Shown here: in pieces, positions 36,551 to 47,453 of the stretch
How the letters are laid out: each line of letters opens with the position of its first letter
Position numbering within the stretch: position 1 is the first letter of the stretch
Made by a program: the position numbers and the translations under genes
From: Reclinomonas americana ATCC 50394
Taxonomy: Eukaryota
Assembly: GCA_048213135.1 (NCBI GenBank)
Contig: PS015059.1
Location: forward strand, 150,511 to 214,510
Direction: 5' to 3'
DNA length: 64,000 nucleotides
Notes under the pieces: model-generated
The model's input: the letters and a program-made list of their open reading frames with translations, nothing else
Database searches by the model: none
Told to the model about the DNA's origin: nothing

Positions 36551-39500
36551 TGGTTCACATGCAAGCATTCTTCTATCTACACTCATGCACGCACTCCAAC
36601 TCGCTCGCATACACTCATACACACTCACTCTCACGCCTCGTCGTACATACCCCTCCCTCCCTCCTCCTCTCTCTCTCTCTCTTTCTGTGTGCACAAGCTC
36701 GCCATTCTCCAATGCACAGCTGTCATTTCGCGCTCACCTTCAAAAAAATGCATGTGCATCATCAGCTGATGGAGGAGGATGCGGTGGTGCGCGAGTACTT
36801 TACGACCAAGGGCCACAAGAAGCGCAAGCCCGAGCGCAACGATTGGCTCATTGAGTTTTTCAACTTGCCGCCCACGGAGCGCGTGTTGAATGGTCGGGGA
36901 TTGCGTTTTCTTTTTCTCTTTCTCTTTCGTGCCTTGCTCATTGCAGTGCGTGCAGACTTCTCGTGCGCCATCCAAAAGGCCATTCTGCTCCACGGTCGCA
37001 TGTACGTCACGCAGAACTTTATGTGCTTCTACTCCAACATCTTTGGCTACCGCACCGAGGTGCGGCGTGCTTGCTTGGTGGTGGCGGCGACGTGCTCCCC
37101 TTCTGTGTTTGGCACTCACTCTGATGCAGATCCGGCTGTCGTTCCGCGAGTTCCTGCAAATCAAGAAGCGCACGACGGCACTGGTGGTGCCGAATGCCAT
37201 TGAGGTGTTCACCGAAGACAAGAACGTTGCGTGGTGGGCGTGCGTGCGGGGAGTGTGCGCCATTTTTTGTCGCTCACCACGTGTCGGGCACGCAGTACTT
37301 TTTCGCGTCGTTTGCGTTCCGCGACCAGGCGTACCGCGTGCTCTCCGATGTGTGGTCGATTCATCGCGAGCTGGACCCGGAGCTTGCCGAGGTACGTTGC
37401 CGTGTGGTTTTCTTGAAGAAAGCAAGCAGCATTTGGTGATGACATTTTATTTGTCTCCACGCAGCGGCAAGACCGACGCGAGCGCGAGAAGCACGGCGAC
37501 GGCGATGCGGCGTGGTCGGACGACGGAGATGCGGCGCAAAGTTGCACGCCATCATCCTTGTATTTCCCTTTGATTTTTTTGCTCACATTGCTCTCGCAGG
37601 CCGTGGAGGACGCGGCGATGGTCGGCCACATGTTCCGAGTGACGGGGATGTGGATGACGACGAATCGTCATCGTTCGCTTCAGGGCCCTCGTCGAGCCAC
37701 TCGCATGGCGGCACTGTGAGTCCGTCGGAGGCGTCGGGCGTGGCGAGTGCGTCCGGTGCCAGCGGATCGGGAGTGCACGTGAGTCCGACGCACAGCGTTG
37801 TAATACGTACGTGCAAGCGTGTAACTGTGCGTGTGTCCACTTGTTTCCATGTCGACAGGATGACGCTGATGCGGCGGCGGCAAGAGCGGCAGCCAGCGCA
37901 CCTGCTGCTGCTGCCGGCGGCAGTGCCGGGGGTGAAGTTGTGTTCTCTCTGACATTGTGTCGTATGCGCTGCCTACGCACGTGCGCGCTCACCATTCATT
38001 ATTTGTGTGCCGTATAGGCGTCTCGCGCGCTGCCGCCTTCGGTCGACGAGGCGCCCGGTCAGACGTGCATCAATGGCGACGAGTTCCCGCCAGGTGAGTA
38101 TTTCGCCTTGGTGGAGGAGTGCCGCGCACTTTGCTCACCAAACAAATCGCGACAACAGGCGTGGAGTGGAAGGAGATGCACTCGGGCACGCTGCCGGGTA
38201 CACCGGAGCAGATGTTTGATGTGTTTTTCTCCGACAGCTCCAAGTTTATGCCCGAGTACCACACGTTGCGGCTCTCTCTCCACTCTTGTATCTCTTGTCC
38301 GTCACTCATGCGTGATTCTATCAGTGCTCGCAAGGATGTGGACATTCAGGTCGGGCAGTGGCGCTCGCAGCCCGGCATGTTCGGCATCACGCGCACGCTC
38401 AATTTTCGCACCAAGATCACCATTCTGCTGGCGCCGGCGTGGCACGAAGTCAACCAGCATCATCGTCTCTGGTCAGTTGCACGCGACTTGCAGTTGCTTC
38501 TCATGATCGGCAATTGACCTGTTACTGTCTCTCTGTTTGTGAACACAGGTTTAGCGATAATCGCCGCATGTTGACTCTGGAGATTGCCGCGTGCACACCG
38601 AATGTGCCGAACGGCACCAACTTCCGCGTCTCGTCGCGTTTCATCTTTAAGCAGCAGGGCGGTGCGTATTGTGTGATACCAGCCGTGCGTGACCGCTACT
38701 CATTGTCTCGCAGAATCGTGCTCGTTCCTGATTGAGGGTGGCGTCGCGTTCCTGAAGGACATTTGGTTCAAGAGCAAGATCCGGGTACGCGACGGAGAGA
38801 GATATTGAGTTCCCGTCCCCTCTTGTCGCTGACACAGAAATGTGCGTCGCAGAGCGAGTCGCAGAAGCAGAGTACCGAGTCGTATGCGTTGTGGTTGGAG
38901 CGCGCCAAGGTCGCCTTGCGCAATCGCCCTGCCGTGAGTGCCAGTGCCTCGGCACCACCGCGTCCGCCTGCCCCAGAGGCGCAGGTCAGTTCCTCTTCCA
39001 CTTGCCTGCTGTATTTGATACGATGCCATAGTGCATTCACGGTGAAATTTGCGTCGCCCCCCTGCAGCCTCGAGCAAATGCTGCTCCGCCTCGACGCACC
39101 AGCAGCCGCGATCAGGTTGGGATTACTTTGCTGGTCGTGTGTGCCCAGACAGTCACTCATCACGGCAAGTCGTTGTGTGTTTCTGAATGCAGACGGGAGA
39201 GGCGGATGCCGCCGGAGACGGCTTGGTGAGAGACCTCTTGTTGTTTCCGTCTACCGTTTTCGTTATGCGATACTCATCAGATGCTTGTGTGTCGCGTGCA
39301 GAGGCACCGAGGCAGCGGGCGAGGTATCACAAAACCACCTTGCTTCTCTCTCACCCTCAATGTCCTCACCGAATGTTTCCCATTTCTAAAAAGCTCGCCG
39401 CGTTCCATCGTCGCACGCCATTGAGGCCGACAGTGGAAAGGTGGAAGAAGTCGGTTCGATGTTGCAAAAGAACTCGGCTCCACTCTTCGATCTCGGAACG

Positions 39501-40367
39501 CTGAAGCAGAAGATTCAGTGCGTCATCTACGCGTGCATCGTTCGCGTGCTCTTCCTGTTGCGACTCACTGTGTTGTTGTTGGCACGCAGCGACTGTACGG
39601 TGACGATCAAGGATTTGCCTATTCTCTGGAAACTGGCCGGCCTCATCATCTTGCTGTCGATTACGGCCCTGGTGCTGGTGGTGGTGCGCCCGGGTGCCAT
39701 TACGCACATGGCTAGCACGGTGACCCGTTCGGTGTCGAACGTGTACACTGCCGCCGTGTACGGTTCGGCCGCCGTGGCCGCACAGAATGCAGCCGAAGCC
39801 GAGTTGGTGGAAGCAGCAGCAGCAGCAGCCGCCGCCGCCGCAGCAGCCAGTCAGTCAGCATCATCATCAACGCCACCACCATCGTCTGCCGCCACTCCAT
39901 CAACGCCACCCCCGCCGCCACTGCCGCCAGTGTCGTTGCTGACGCGTGAGCGGCTGCATGAGCTGGTGCAGAGCGCTGAGAACCGATTTCAGCCGGAGGA
40001 GCAGCTGCACGAGTTGCTGGAGCGCATTCAGGATGAGTGTGACGGCAAGGTTTGGCGCGCTTCGTACTTGCTGCAGTGACCGTGTCTGACCGCGCTGCAG
40101 ATGCGATCCGAGTGTGCGCAGCTCGTGTCGGCGGGACTGCAGGCGGCGCTGCGACAGTCGCAGGTGCTGCGTGACTTGCTGACGGAGATTGCGACCCCGG
40201 CCACCACAGGCGAGAGCGCCGATGTGCCGTTGCAGCAGTTGCAGCCACCGGCGTCGCCGTTGCCGGAGGTGGCCAGCATTGTGGCTGTGGAAATGATCAA
40301 CCTCAAGTTCTGGCTCATTGCGACCATTGTCGGTCTCGTCGTGGCACGGCGCTTCGGCCTCGTGTAA
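35881..40367 (+). CDS. GRAM + VASt/StART-like sterol transfer protein (Lam/Aster family) with C-terminal TM segments
   Basis: FNLPPTERV..DFSCAIQKAILLHGRMYVTQNFMCFYSNIFG...PNAIEV...YFFASFAFRD (GRAM); TPNVPNGTNFRV, FLKDIWFKSKI (VASt); start codon uncertain. Confidence 0.85.
36492..36546. repeat. (CT)n microsatellite, intronic
   Basis: Direct observation. Confidence 0.9.
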
Positions 40368-40471
40368 CGCACGTCGGCGCCTGGGGTTCTCTCTCCCCCT
40401 CTCTCTCCCTCTTCCTCTCACTCTTGACGTGTTTCTTCAATGAGCATGCATTACGTTTTATATTTACGGAC

Positions 40472-41361
40472 TCATACCACCAGTACAGTCTCCATGATAA
40501 CAGGCATTGTTGTTCTCACAATGTCGTGCTCGCCATTGTCAAAGTCAATGGCGTCGGCGTTTGCCGCACCGTCAAATCCAGCGTTGCACTGCTGTGCGCA
40601 CTGCTGAATGCTCCTCCTGTGTGGGTGCACGCAGGCGAGCACCGCCGGCAGCTTGTCGACCACGCACTTGCGGTCGCACTGGCGAGTGGTGCACGCAGCG
40701 CGGCATTTCTGTGTCACATTCAGACACTGTTGCAGCTGCGGCTTGCTGGCGCGTCGGCAAGTGTTGCGGCAGGCGGCTGTGTGTCATCAGTCAGTCAGTC
40801 ACTCATTCATTGATGCATGTGACGAGAAAAGATAATGTGGGGGTGACGTGGAGCGCAGGATCAGCCATCGAGGATGGGGTGGATGGAGGGCCGTGCACGA
40901 AAGAGGAAGTGAGGCAGAGAGAGCGTACGCACGCAAAGGAAGAGATGCACATGGAGGGAAAGAGAGAGAGAGAGAGAGACTCACCAACGGTCGACACGGC
41001 CACGGCTTCGCTCTCCTCGCGCAGCTCCTCGGCGATCTGCTGCAGCAGCAGCGACTCGGAGGTGGACAAGTTGGTGTTGGATGCTGTGCGAAAGACAGAC
41101 ACCACAGGTGAGCGCGCGCTTGTGTGCCGTGCGTGTGTGACGATTCCATCACGCTGCTAGCCGTTACGTGCAACGGTGCACTGTGACAGAGAAAAAAAGA
41201 GACTCACCGTCGGTGATTGACAGCAGCGAGTTGGCGGTAAACGCGACGAGGCAGCAGATGGTGAGCACCACCAGTGCACCCCATCGCGGCTGCTCGTGCA
41301 GCAGCTGCAGGTGCTCAGTCGACGCACACTGCTGGCGAACGGAGGAGGGCAAGCGGATCAT
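40472..41361 (-). CDS. Small membrane-anchored or secreted Cys-rich (CxxxC) protein of unknown function
   Basis: Hydrophobic WGALVVLTICCLVAF; phase-1 introns join to ACRNTC...QKCRAAC..QCDRKC...QQCAQQC. Confidence 0.55.
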
Positions 41362-41558
41362 GATGCACAGAGCGAGGAGGGAAAGAGAAAAAGAAGCGCG
41401 GGAAGGTTGGATGGCGGGAAAGACACGTGCCGCGTGCAAGTGGTGCGTGTGTGCGCGTGCTCGGTCACAGACAGAAAAAGAAGCAAGAAAATGTAACCGT
41501 CAGTTCTTCTCTCGCCGCCCGCGCAAATCGTGACGTGGCACCTGCAATCTATCCACAC

Positions 41559-42987
41559 ATGGCGAAACTCACGAGTGCGTCGCTGCCTACACAGTTGGTG
41601 CACACACTGCGCGGACACGAGTTGCCTGTCCTCAGCATTCGATTCACGCGTTGCGTTGTGCGTTGACTCGACATTTTCACACTCCCGCTCGCTCACTTGT
41701 ACACACAGGGAATGGCGAGTACTGTCTGTCGGGCTCGCAAGACAAGACCGTGCGCCTGTGGAACCCTCACAAAGGCACACTCGTCAAGACGTACGTGGGA
41801 CACGGGCATGATGTGCACGATGTGGACATGTGAGTGCTTGGCAATCCTCCTGTCATACGATACGCATCGACTCCTCACTCGACGTGCAGCAAGGACGACA
41901 ACAGTCAGTTTGTGTCGTGCGGAGGCGACAAGGCCATCTTTCTGTGGGATGTCACCTCTGGGTCCACATTGCGACGATTCCGAGGTCACACGGCGGTGAG
42001 GATCGCAATGCAGCAAAGCAGGAGATATTGTTTGACTGACCGCTGCTGCGCTATCTTGACAGCGCGTCAATTCGCTTCGCTTCAACGGCGACTCGAGTAC
42101 GTTTGCCTCGGGTTCGTACGACAAGACCATTCGCTTCTGGGACATGCGCAGTCGCTCGACGGAACCCATTCAGACGCTGGAGGATTTCACCGACAGTGTC
42201 GCCAGTGTCGACATTCTCGACTGTGAGGTGGTTGGCGGCTCGGTGGATGGCTCCGTGCGAGTCTACGATGTGCGCACGGGGAGAGTGCACACCGACCAGT
42301 TGCATAGTTGCGGAGGGAGAGTCCAAGGGCCAGTTGAGCTTTCCCCCCTTCTCCGTCGCCGACTTGTTGCCTCGCAGGCCCCGCCACCTCGGTGGCCTTT
42401 TCGCACGACCAAAAGTGCATTCTGGCCAGCACGTTGGACAGCCGCTTGCATCTCATCGACAAGGCGACGGGAGACATTCTCAACGAGTTGCGCTTGGGGG
42501 AGGGGCGGACCCACGGCCTTCCCGTCTCGTGTTCACGCCCATCTCCGCAGGTACAAGGGCCACGTGAACAACTCGTACAAGATCGACAGCCGCCTGCTGT
42601 GCGCCGACGCGTTTGTGGCCAGCGGGAGCGAAGACAATCGTGTGGTGTTCTGGGACTTGGTTGATGTGAGTGCCCAGCAGCGCGCAAGGGCGCTGGTTCT
42701 TGATAGCCGCAAGCCCACACTGCCATCTCTCTCTTTCGCTCGCTGCACAGGGCAAGATCGTGCACTCACTGCAAGACCACACGCGACCGGTGGTGGCGCT
42801 CGCCTACAACTTCCAATACAACATGCTGCTCAGCGGCTCGTCGGACGGCACCATCAAGGTGTACGAGGCGCCGGCCGCGGCCGAGGCGCCCGCGGACGTG
42901 GATGGCGACACGATGATGCGTCCAGTGGGTGTGGCACCGCCTCCACCACCTTCGCACACGCCAGCGTCGTCGTCTAGAACAAGATAA
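41559..42987 (+). CDS. WDR83: WD40 repeat protein MORG1
   Basis: GEYCLSGSQDKTVRLWNP, FVSCGGDKAIFLWDV, WDMRSRSTEPIQ, GSVDGSVRVYDVRTG, YKGHVNNSYKI, SGSED. Confidence 0.93.
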
Positions 42988-43023
42988 AAATTCGCATAGA
43001 TCGCATCTGCTTCGTTTTACACA

Positions 43024-45923
43024 ATGAGTGAGCCACAACGACGACGACGTGGGGGTGCCGCGCCCGCACCTTCGCGAGCAGCACCTGTCGCCGGCAGTCG
43101 CACCGGCCAGCTGGCCGACGACATGGATCCCACCAACCCCTACAGCATGATCCACGAAGACTTTGAAGCAGGTCTATTCTTGTCATTGCTTCACGCTGGC
43201 GTCTCCTCCCGCACACTCACTGTCTCTGTGCATGTGCGTGTGTGTCTGTGCGCCATGCAGCGGGTGGCAATCGCGTGCCTATCAATGCGCCACCGCCGCA
43301 GCGTCGATCAGTGCCACAACAACAACAGCAGCGCAATGTGGCTGCACCGCACGCTCTCAGTCGTCGTCGGCCTGCAGAGGCCGCCCGAGCTGCTCCCGCC
43401 GCCGCCGCCGCACGCGTGCCTGCACCCGCTGCGGGTTCGCATGCATGCTCAGTGAGAGTGTCTCGTTTGTGATTCTCAGTGGTGTCGCAGGCGCACGACG
43501 GGCTGGCGGCGATGTTGGGCAGGTTCCGCCGCAGCGAGCGGCGGCTGCACCGGTGCCACCCCGTGGTGTGCCCATGGATCCCGATCTGTTGCGCACCGAC
43601 TTGTCTCGTTGTTATGTCTTCCCTGCTGCTTGCTCACACTGTGCGGCAGCGATGTTCACGTGCCGTCGGCGGCGGCGCGGAAAAAGGTCTCTGCTGGTTC
43701 GTTCCCCTTGCCACGGATTGCGGCGGGTTCTTGTCGTCGTTCTGAGTGCGTGTGTGGCGTGAGCAGGAGAGGCGGAGCGGCTGGCTTACGAGGCGCGCTT
43801 GGCACAAATGCTCCCGCAGAACAAGGCCGCGTCGGCGACTCTTGGTGCGTCGTGGTTGTGTAGTGTAGTGTGTGTGTGTGTTTTCAATCGCGTGAACTCA
43901 AGAGCGAGCGCCTTTGCCTACCAGGCTCTGCACAGCAGTTGGACGGGAACCTTTCGCGGGCCGAGATTGTGGAGCTGCGTGAGCAGCATCGAAAGAGGGA
44001 GCTGGCGGTTGCGTGAAGAAAGCATGTGCAGGCTGTGTGGTCTTCACTCGCTGGTGATGACCTCGCGCACGCGTGCAGGAGCGTGAGAGGGCCCGTCGAG
44101 AGGCAGCAGAGCGTGAAAAGGCGGCTGCAGAGGCCGAACTGCAGGTCAAGTTCGCCAAAGCACAAGAACAGGCGCTGAAGAACCAGCAGATGCGTCAACA
44201 ACAGCAGCAAGTGGATCGCGACCAGCGGCAAGCGCGGTACGACCAGCTGTACGGCGATGACAAAGCCAGTGCTGTCGAGCGCGCGCACATGGGTGATGAG
44301 GGCTCGTCGCCCGTGGCTCACGCAGTGGCGGGCGTGTCGGATCGCGATGTTTCCATGTTTCGTCACTGGCACACGACATACACCCAACTGCTGATGGTCT
44401 GTTGCCCATCACGCTTTGTGTGCGTATGCAGGTTGCCGGTGGCCATGCACCTGGATCCGCATCCGCAAGACATTCTGTCGGTCAGTGACATTCCTCTCGA
44501 GGCTGCTGCGTGCATGGTCCTCGATGGCGGAGCTGCTGCGTTGGGTGCGTTGGAGAGGAAGGCTGTCGGTGGTGTTGATCCCTTCTTTGTAACCAGTCAC
44601 TGCGATCCGCAGCCCTCTGTCACGAGTTTGCCGCTTCAGTGCGCCACTTGCTCTCCCGATGCGAGTCGGATCGTCGGACGAGCAAGGGCGTGCGGTCGTG
44701 CTTGGAGTGGATCGCAAAGGTGCGACACAGATTGATTGTCTCCTGTGTTGTAAGCATGTCTGACTTGCAACCCCTTCCTCACTCACACAGTACGTGAACA
44801 ATGTACGTGCGACCATGTGCACTGTTCGTGTGCCGCGCTTCGAAACTACCACGCAACCCTCACCTCTGCTCACCCTGCAGGTGGTGTCGAGGCCCCAAGA
44901 CCCCAAATGCCGACAGATTCGGGTGCAAAACAACAAAGTGCAACTCTTTGTGGCGGCCGTCGATCGTGCGTTACCCTAGCTCTGCTGCCAATTGTGAACT
45001 TGCATAGCGTCACTTCGTCATGACTCAACTTTTGTCGGAGAGCAGCATCGTTGAGTATCTTCCACTCGCTCGGCTTTTTAGAGCGGCGCAGCGAAGGTGA
45101 CGGTGAGGCGTACTTGGTGCTTGACTTTGCGCACGCCGGCTCTGCGTCACCGTTGCGTTGCGCGAATTGTGCTTTCTTCTGCTGTCTTCAGCCTGCCTAT
45201 TCACGGTGTGGGAACGGCTGTGTCAGAGCTGTTGTGTGTGCGCTGCGACTGGTCGCCGAGTATACCGACCTTGTAGTTGCCGCACTGCCGGATTCCAGCA
45301 GTGAGAAGTTCCGCATGGACATGCTACCGCCGCTCGCGTTTGACTTTATGGGTTGCGTTTTCATCGCCCGTGCAGTTGTTCACGATTTGTGGTCCTCATG
45401 GCTCTCGAACTCACAGGCTGGGTGGAATCACTTGGCCGAACTGCTCGGCAAGCTGCACCTCCGACTCCTCCGCAATTCAGCGTCGTGCTGGAGCCAGAAC
45501 CAGAGATCGGGGCCCCTGACAGCGTTGTGCTAGCGTTCCGCCTGCCAAACAATCAGCGCCTTCAGCGTCGGTTTGCGTTGACGTCGGCGGTATCCGTTGA
45601 GTCCGTCGCCCTGCCTTCATGTCTTCTTCTTCCATTGTTGTTGTTGCCAGTCTTACTCTATCCACTCGCGTGCGTGGTGCAGCAACTCTTTGCCTTTGTG
45701 CAGAGCCTGCAGGTTGCACACAAGGTTCCAACACGTTTCGACATTGTTCGCAACGCCGGCAACAGCACCGTGTCGCTGAGTGGCGCTCTCGATCGATCGT
45801 TGGCGGAGATGGTTCGTGGAGGTGACTGGATGACTATCATGTCCGCATGTGTTGGCTGACACATACGGTGCGTGCACACAGGAAATGTCTCGAGAGCTGC
45901 TGTTTGTGACAGAGGTGGATTAG
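43024..45923 (+). CDS. PUB- and UBX-domain p97/Cdc48 cofactor (putative)
   Basis: VVSRPQDPKCRQIRVQN...IFHSLGF (PUB-like); EPEPE...LAFRLPNNQRLQRRF...QLFAFV...LLFV (UBX); internal exons uncertain. Confidence 0.7.
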
Positions 45924-45955
45924 CAGGCAGTGAGCGCAAATGTACATTCGATTCG

Positions 45956-47416
45956 TTACTTGTCTCGTCGGATCCCAATGACTGCGTCGGCCACCGATCG
46001 GGACACGATGAATGCCGTGCCCGCACATCCTGCAAAGAGCAAAGGAGGCGTTAAGACACAGAGGGAGAAAGAGAGAGAACCGGCTTGCAAATGCACAGCA
46101 GCTGCACATACCCATCATCGTGAGCAGAATCAACTTGATCGGTTCGTTGATCAGCACATCTGCACGCGCGAGACACAATCAGTGCTCGGCACGACACCAC
46201 ACCGAGAATGAGCAGCAGTTCGTCACCTTGCAGCTACAGAGGCAACCAACAAGCAACGTGACAAACAACAAACAACAGAGAGTCAGACGTCAGTGCGCAA
46301 GAAGGGGGGAACACATGTCACATGCCCACACACGTACGTACCACTGCGGAGCGAAAAACGCAGTGAGGCAACAGAAAAGGGCGCAAAACGGATTGCCGGC
46401 TGGCACACTCACCACTGACGAAGGAGGCGTTCGCGACACTGCTGGCACCCTCCGTGTCGGTGAGAATGCTGCGAATGGAGCAGGTGAGAACTCGTCGCGA
46501 ATGCTACCAAGATCGAGAGCCACCTACCGAGCGACGGTGAGCAATGTCAGGTACATGAGGAATACGCCAGTGGCCCAGGCCAGAGTGAAACACACGGGCA
46601 CGAGCCACATGGGGAGAGACCGGTGCTGTTGATGGGCGAAAAGGTCATGAGTGTACAAGCGACAAACAAAAATGAGACACTGTCACGCGCACCGTCCAGC
46701 GCCACCAGAAGCGATTCCATCGATCTACAATGGCGTCACAGTCAGCGGCGAAATCAAACACAATCACGCACTTGGCTCGGGTGTGCGTCACACAACAACA
46801 ACGCAACTATTTTCCGTGCCGGCCGGAGGCTGGGCGTTTGTCATAAACTCTGGCGGGATAGTCGGTGTGCCGTGCGAACTCGGCATATCCTCGCTACTGC
46901 TCGAGCCCTCCCGCACGCTTGCGGTGCGGCTCACGCTGCGCGAGCGCCGCCGATGGGTAACAACTGAACTCTGCTGCTGGTGTTCTGGCTTGTCGACAGC
47001 CTCTTGCAGACTGCTGCCGGTGGAGCCCGTGTCGCTCTCGCCCACAGACTCAATGTCGGAGAAATGATCCACAAGACGACGATTGATGCCACCACCAGCG
47101 ATCGCCGACGGCGGCACCGGCACCAACGACGAGTAGTTTGCTGGCACATTAGGCGCCTCGAGTTCACCATCTGGTGCGTCGGCGGTGGCTCCTGGCAGGG
47201 CGAAGCTCGAGTTGTACACGCTGCGCGCGTGCACCAAGCGCGGCAGGAGCGACCGAATCATCTGTTGCACCACATACCAAATGAGGGTGATAGAGGCGAA
47301 GAAGTAAAACACCCGTAGCGCAGAGAGGGAAATGTGACCTTGAATTCGCGGCCAGTAATCGGCTTGGAGGCATCTGGCGTCACGGCAACATATGGGGCTC
47401 GAATGCTGCGGACAAG

Positions 47417-47453
<37 letters not shown>

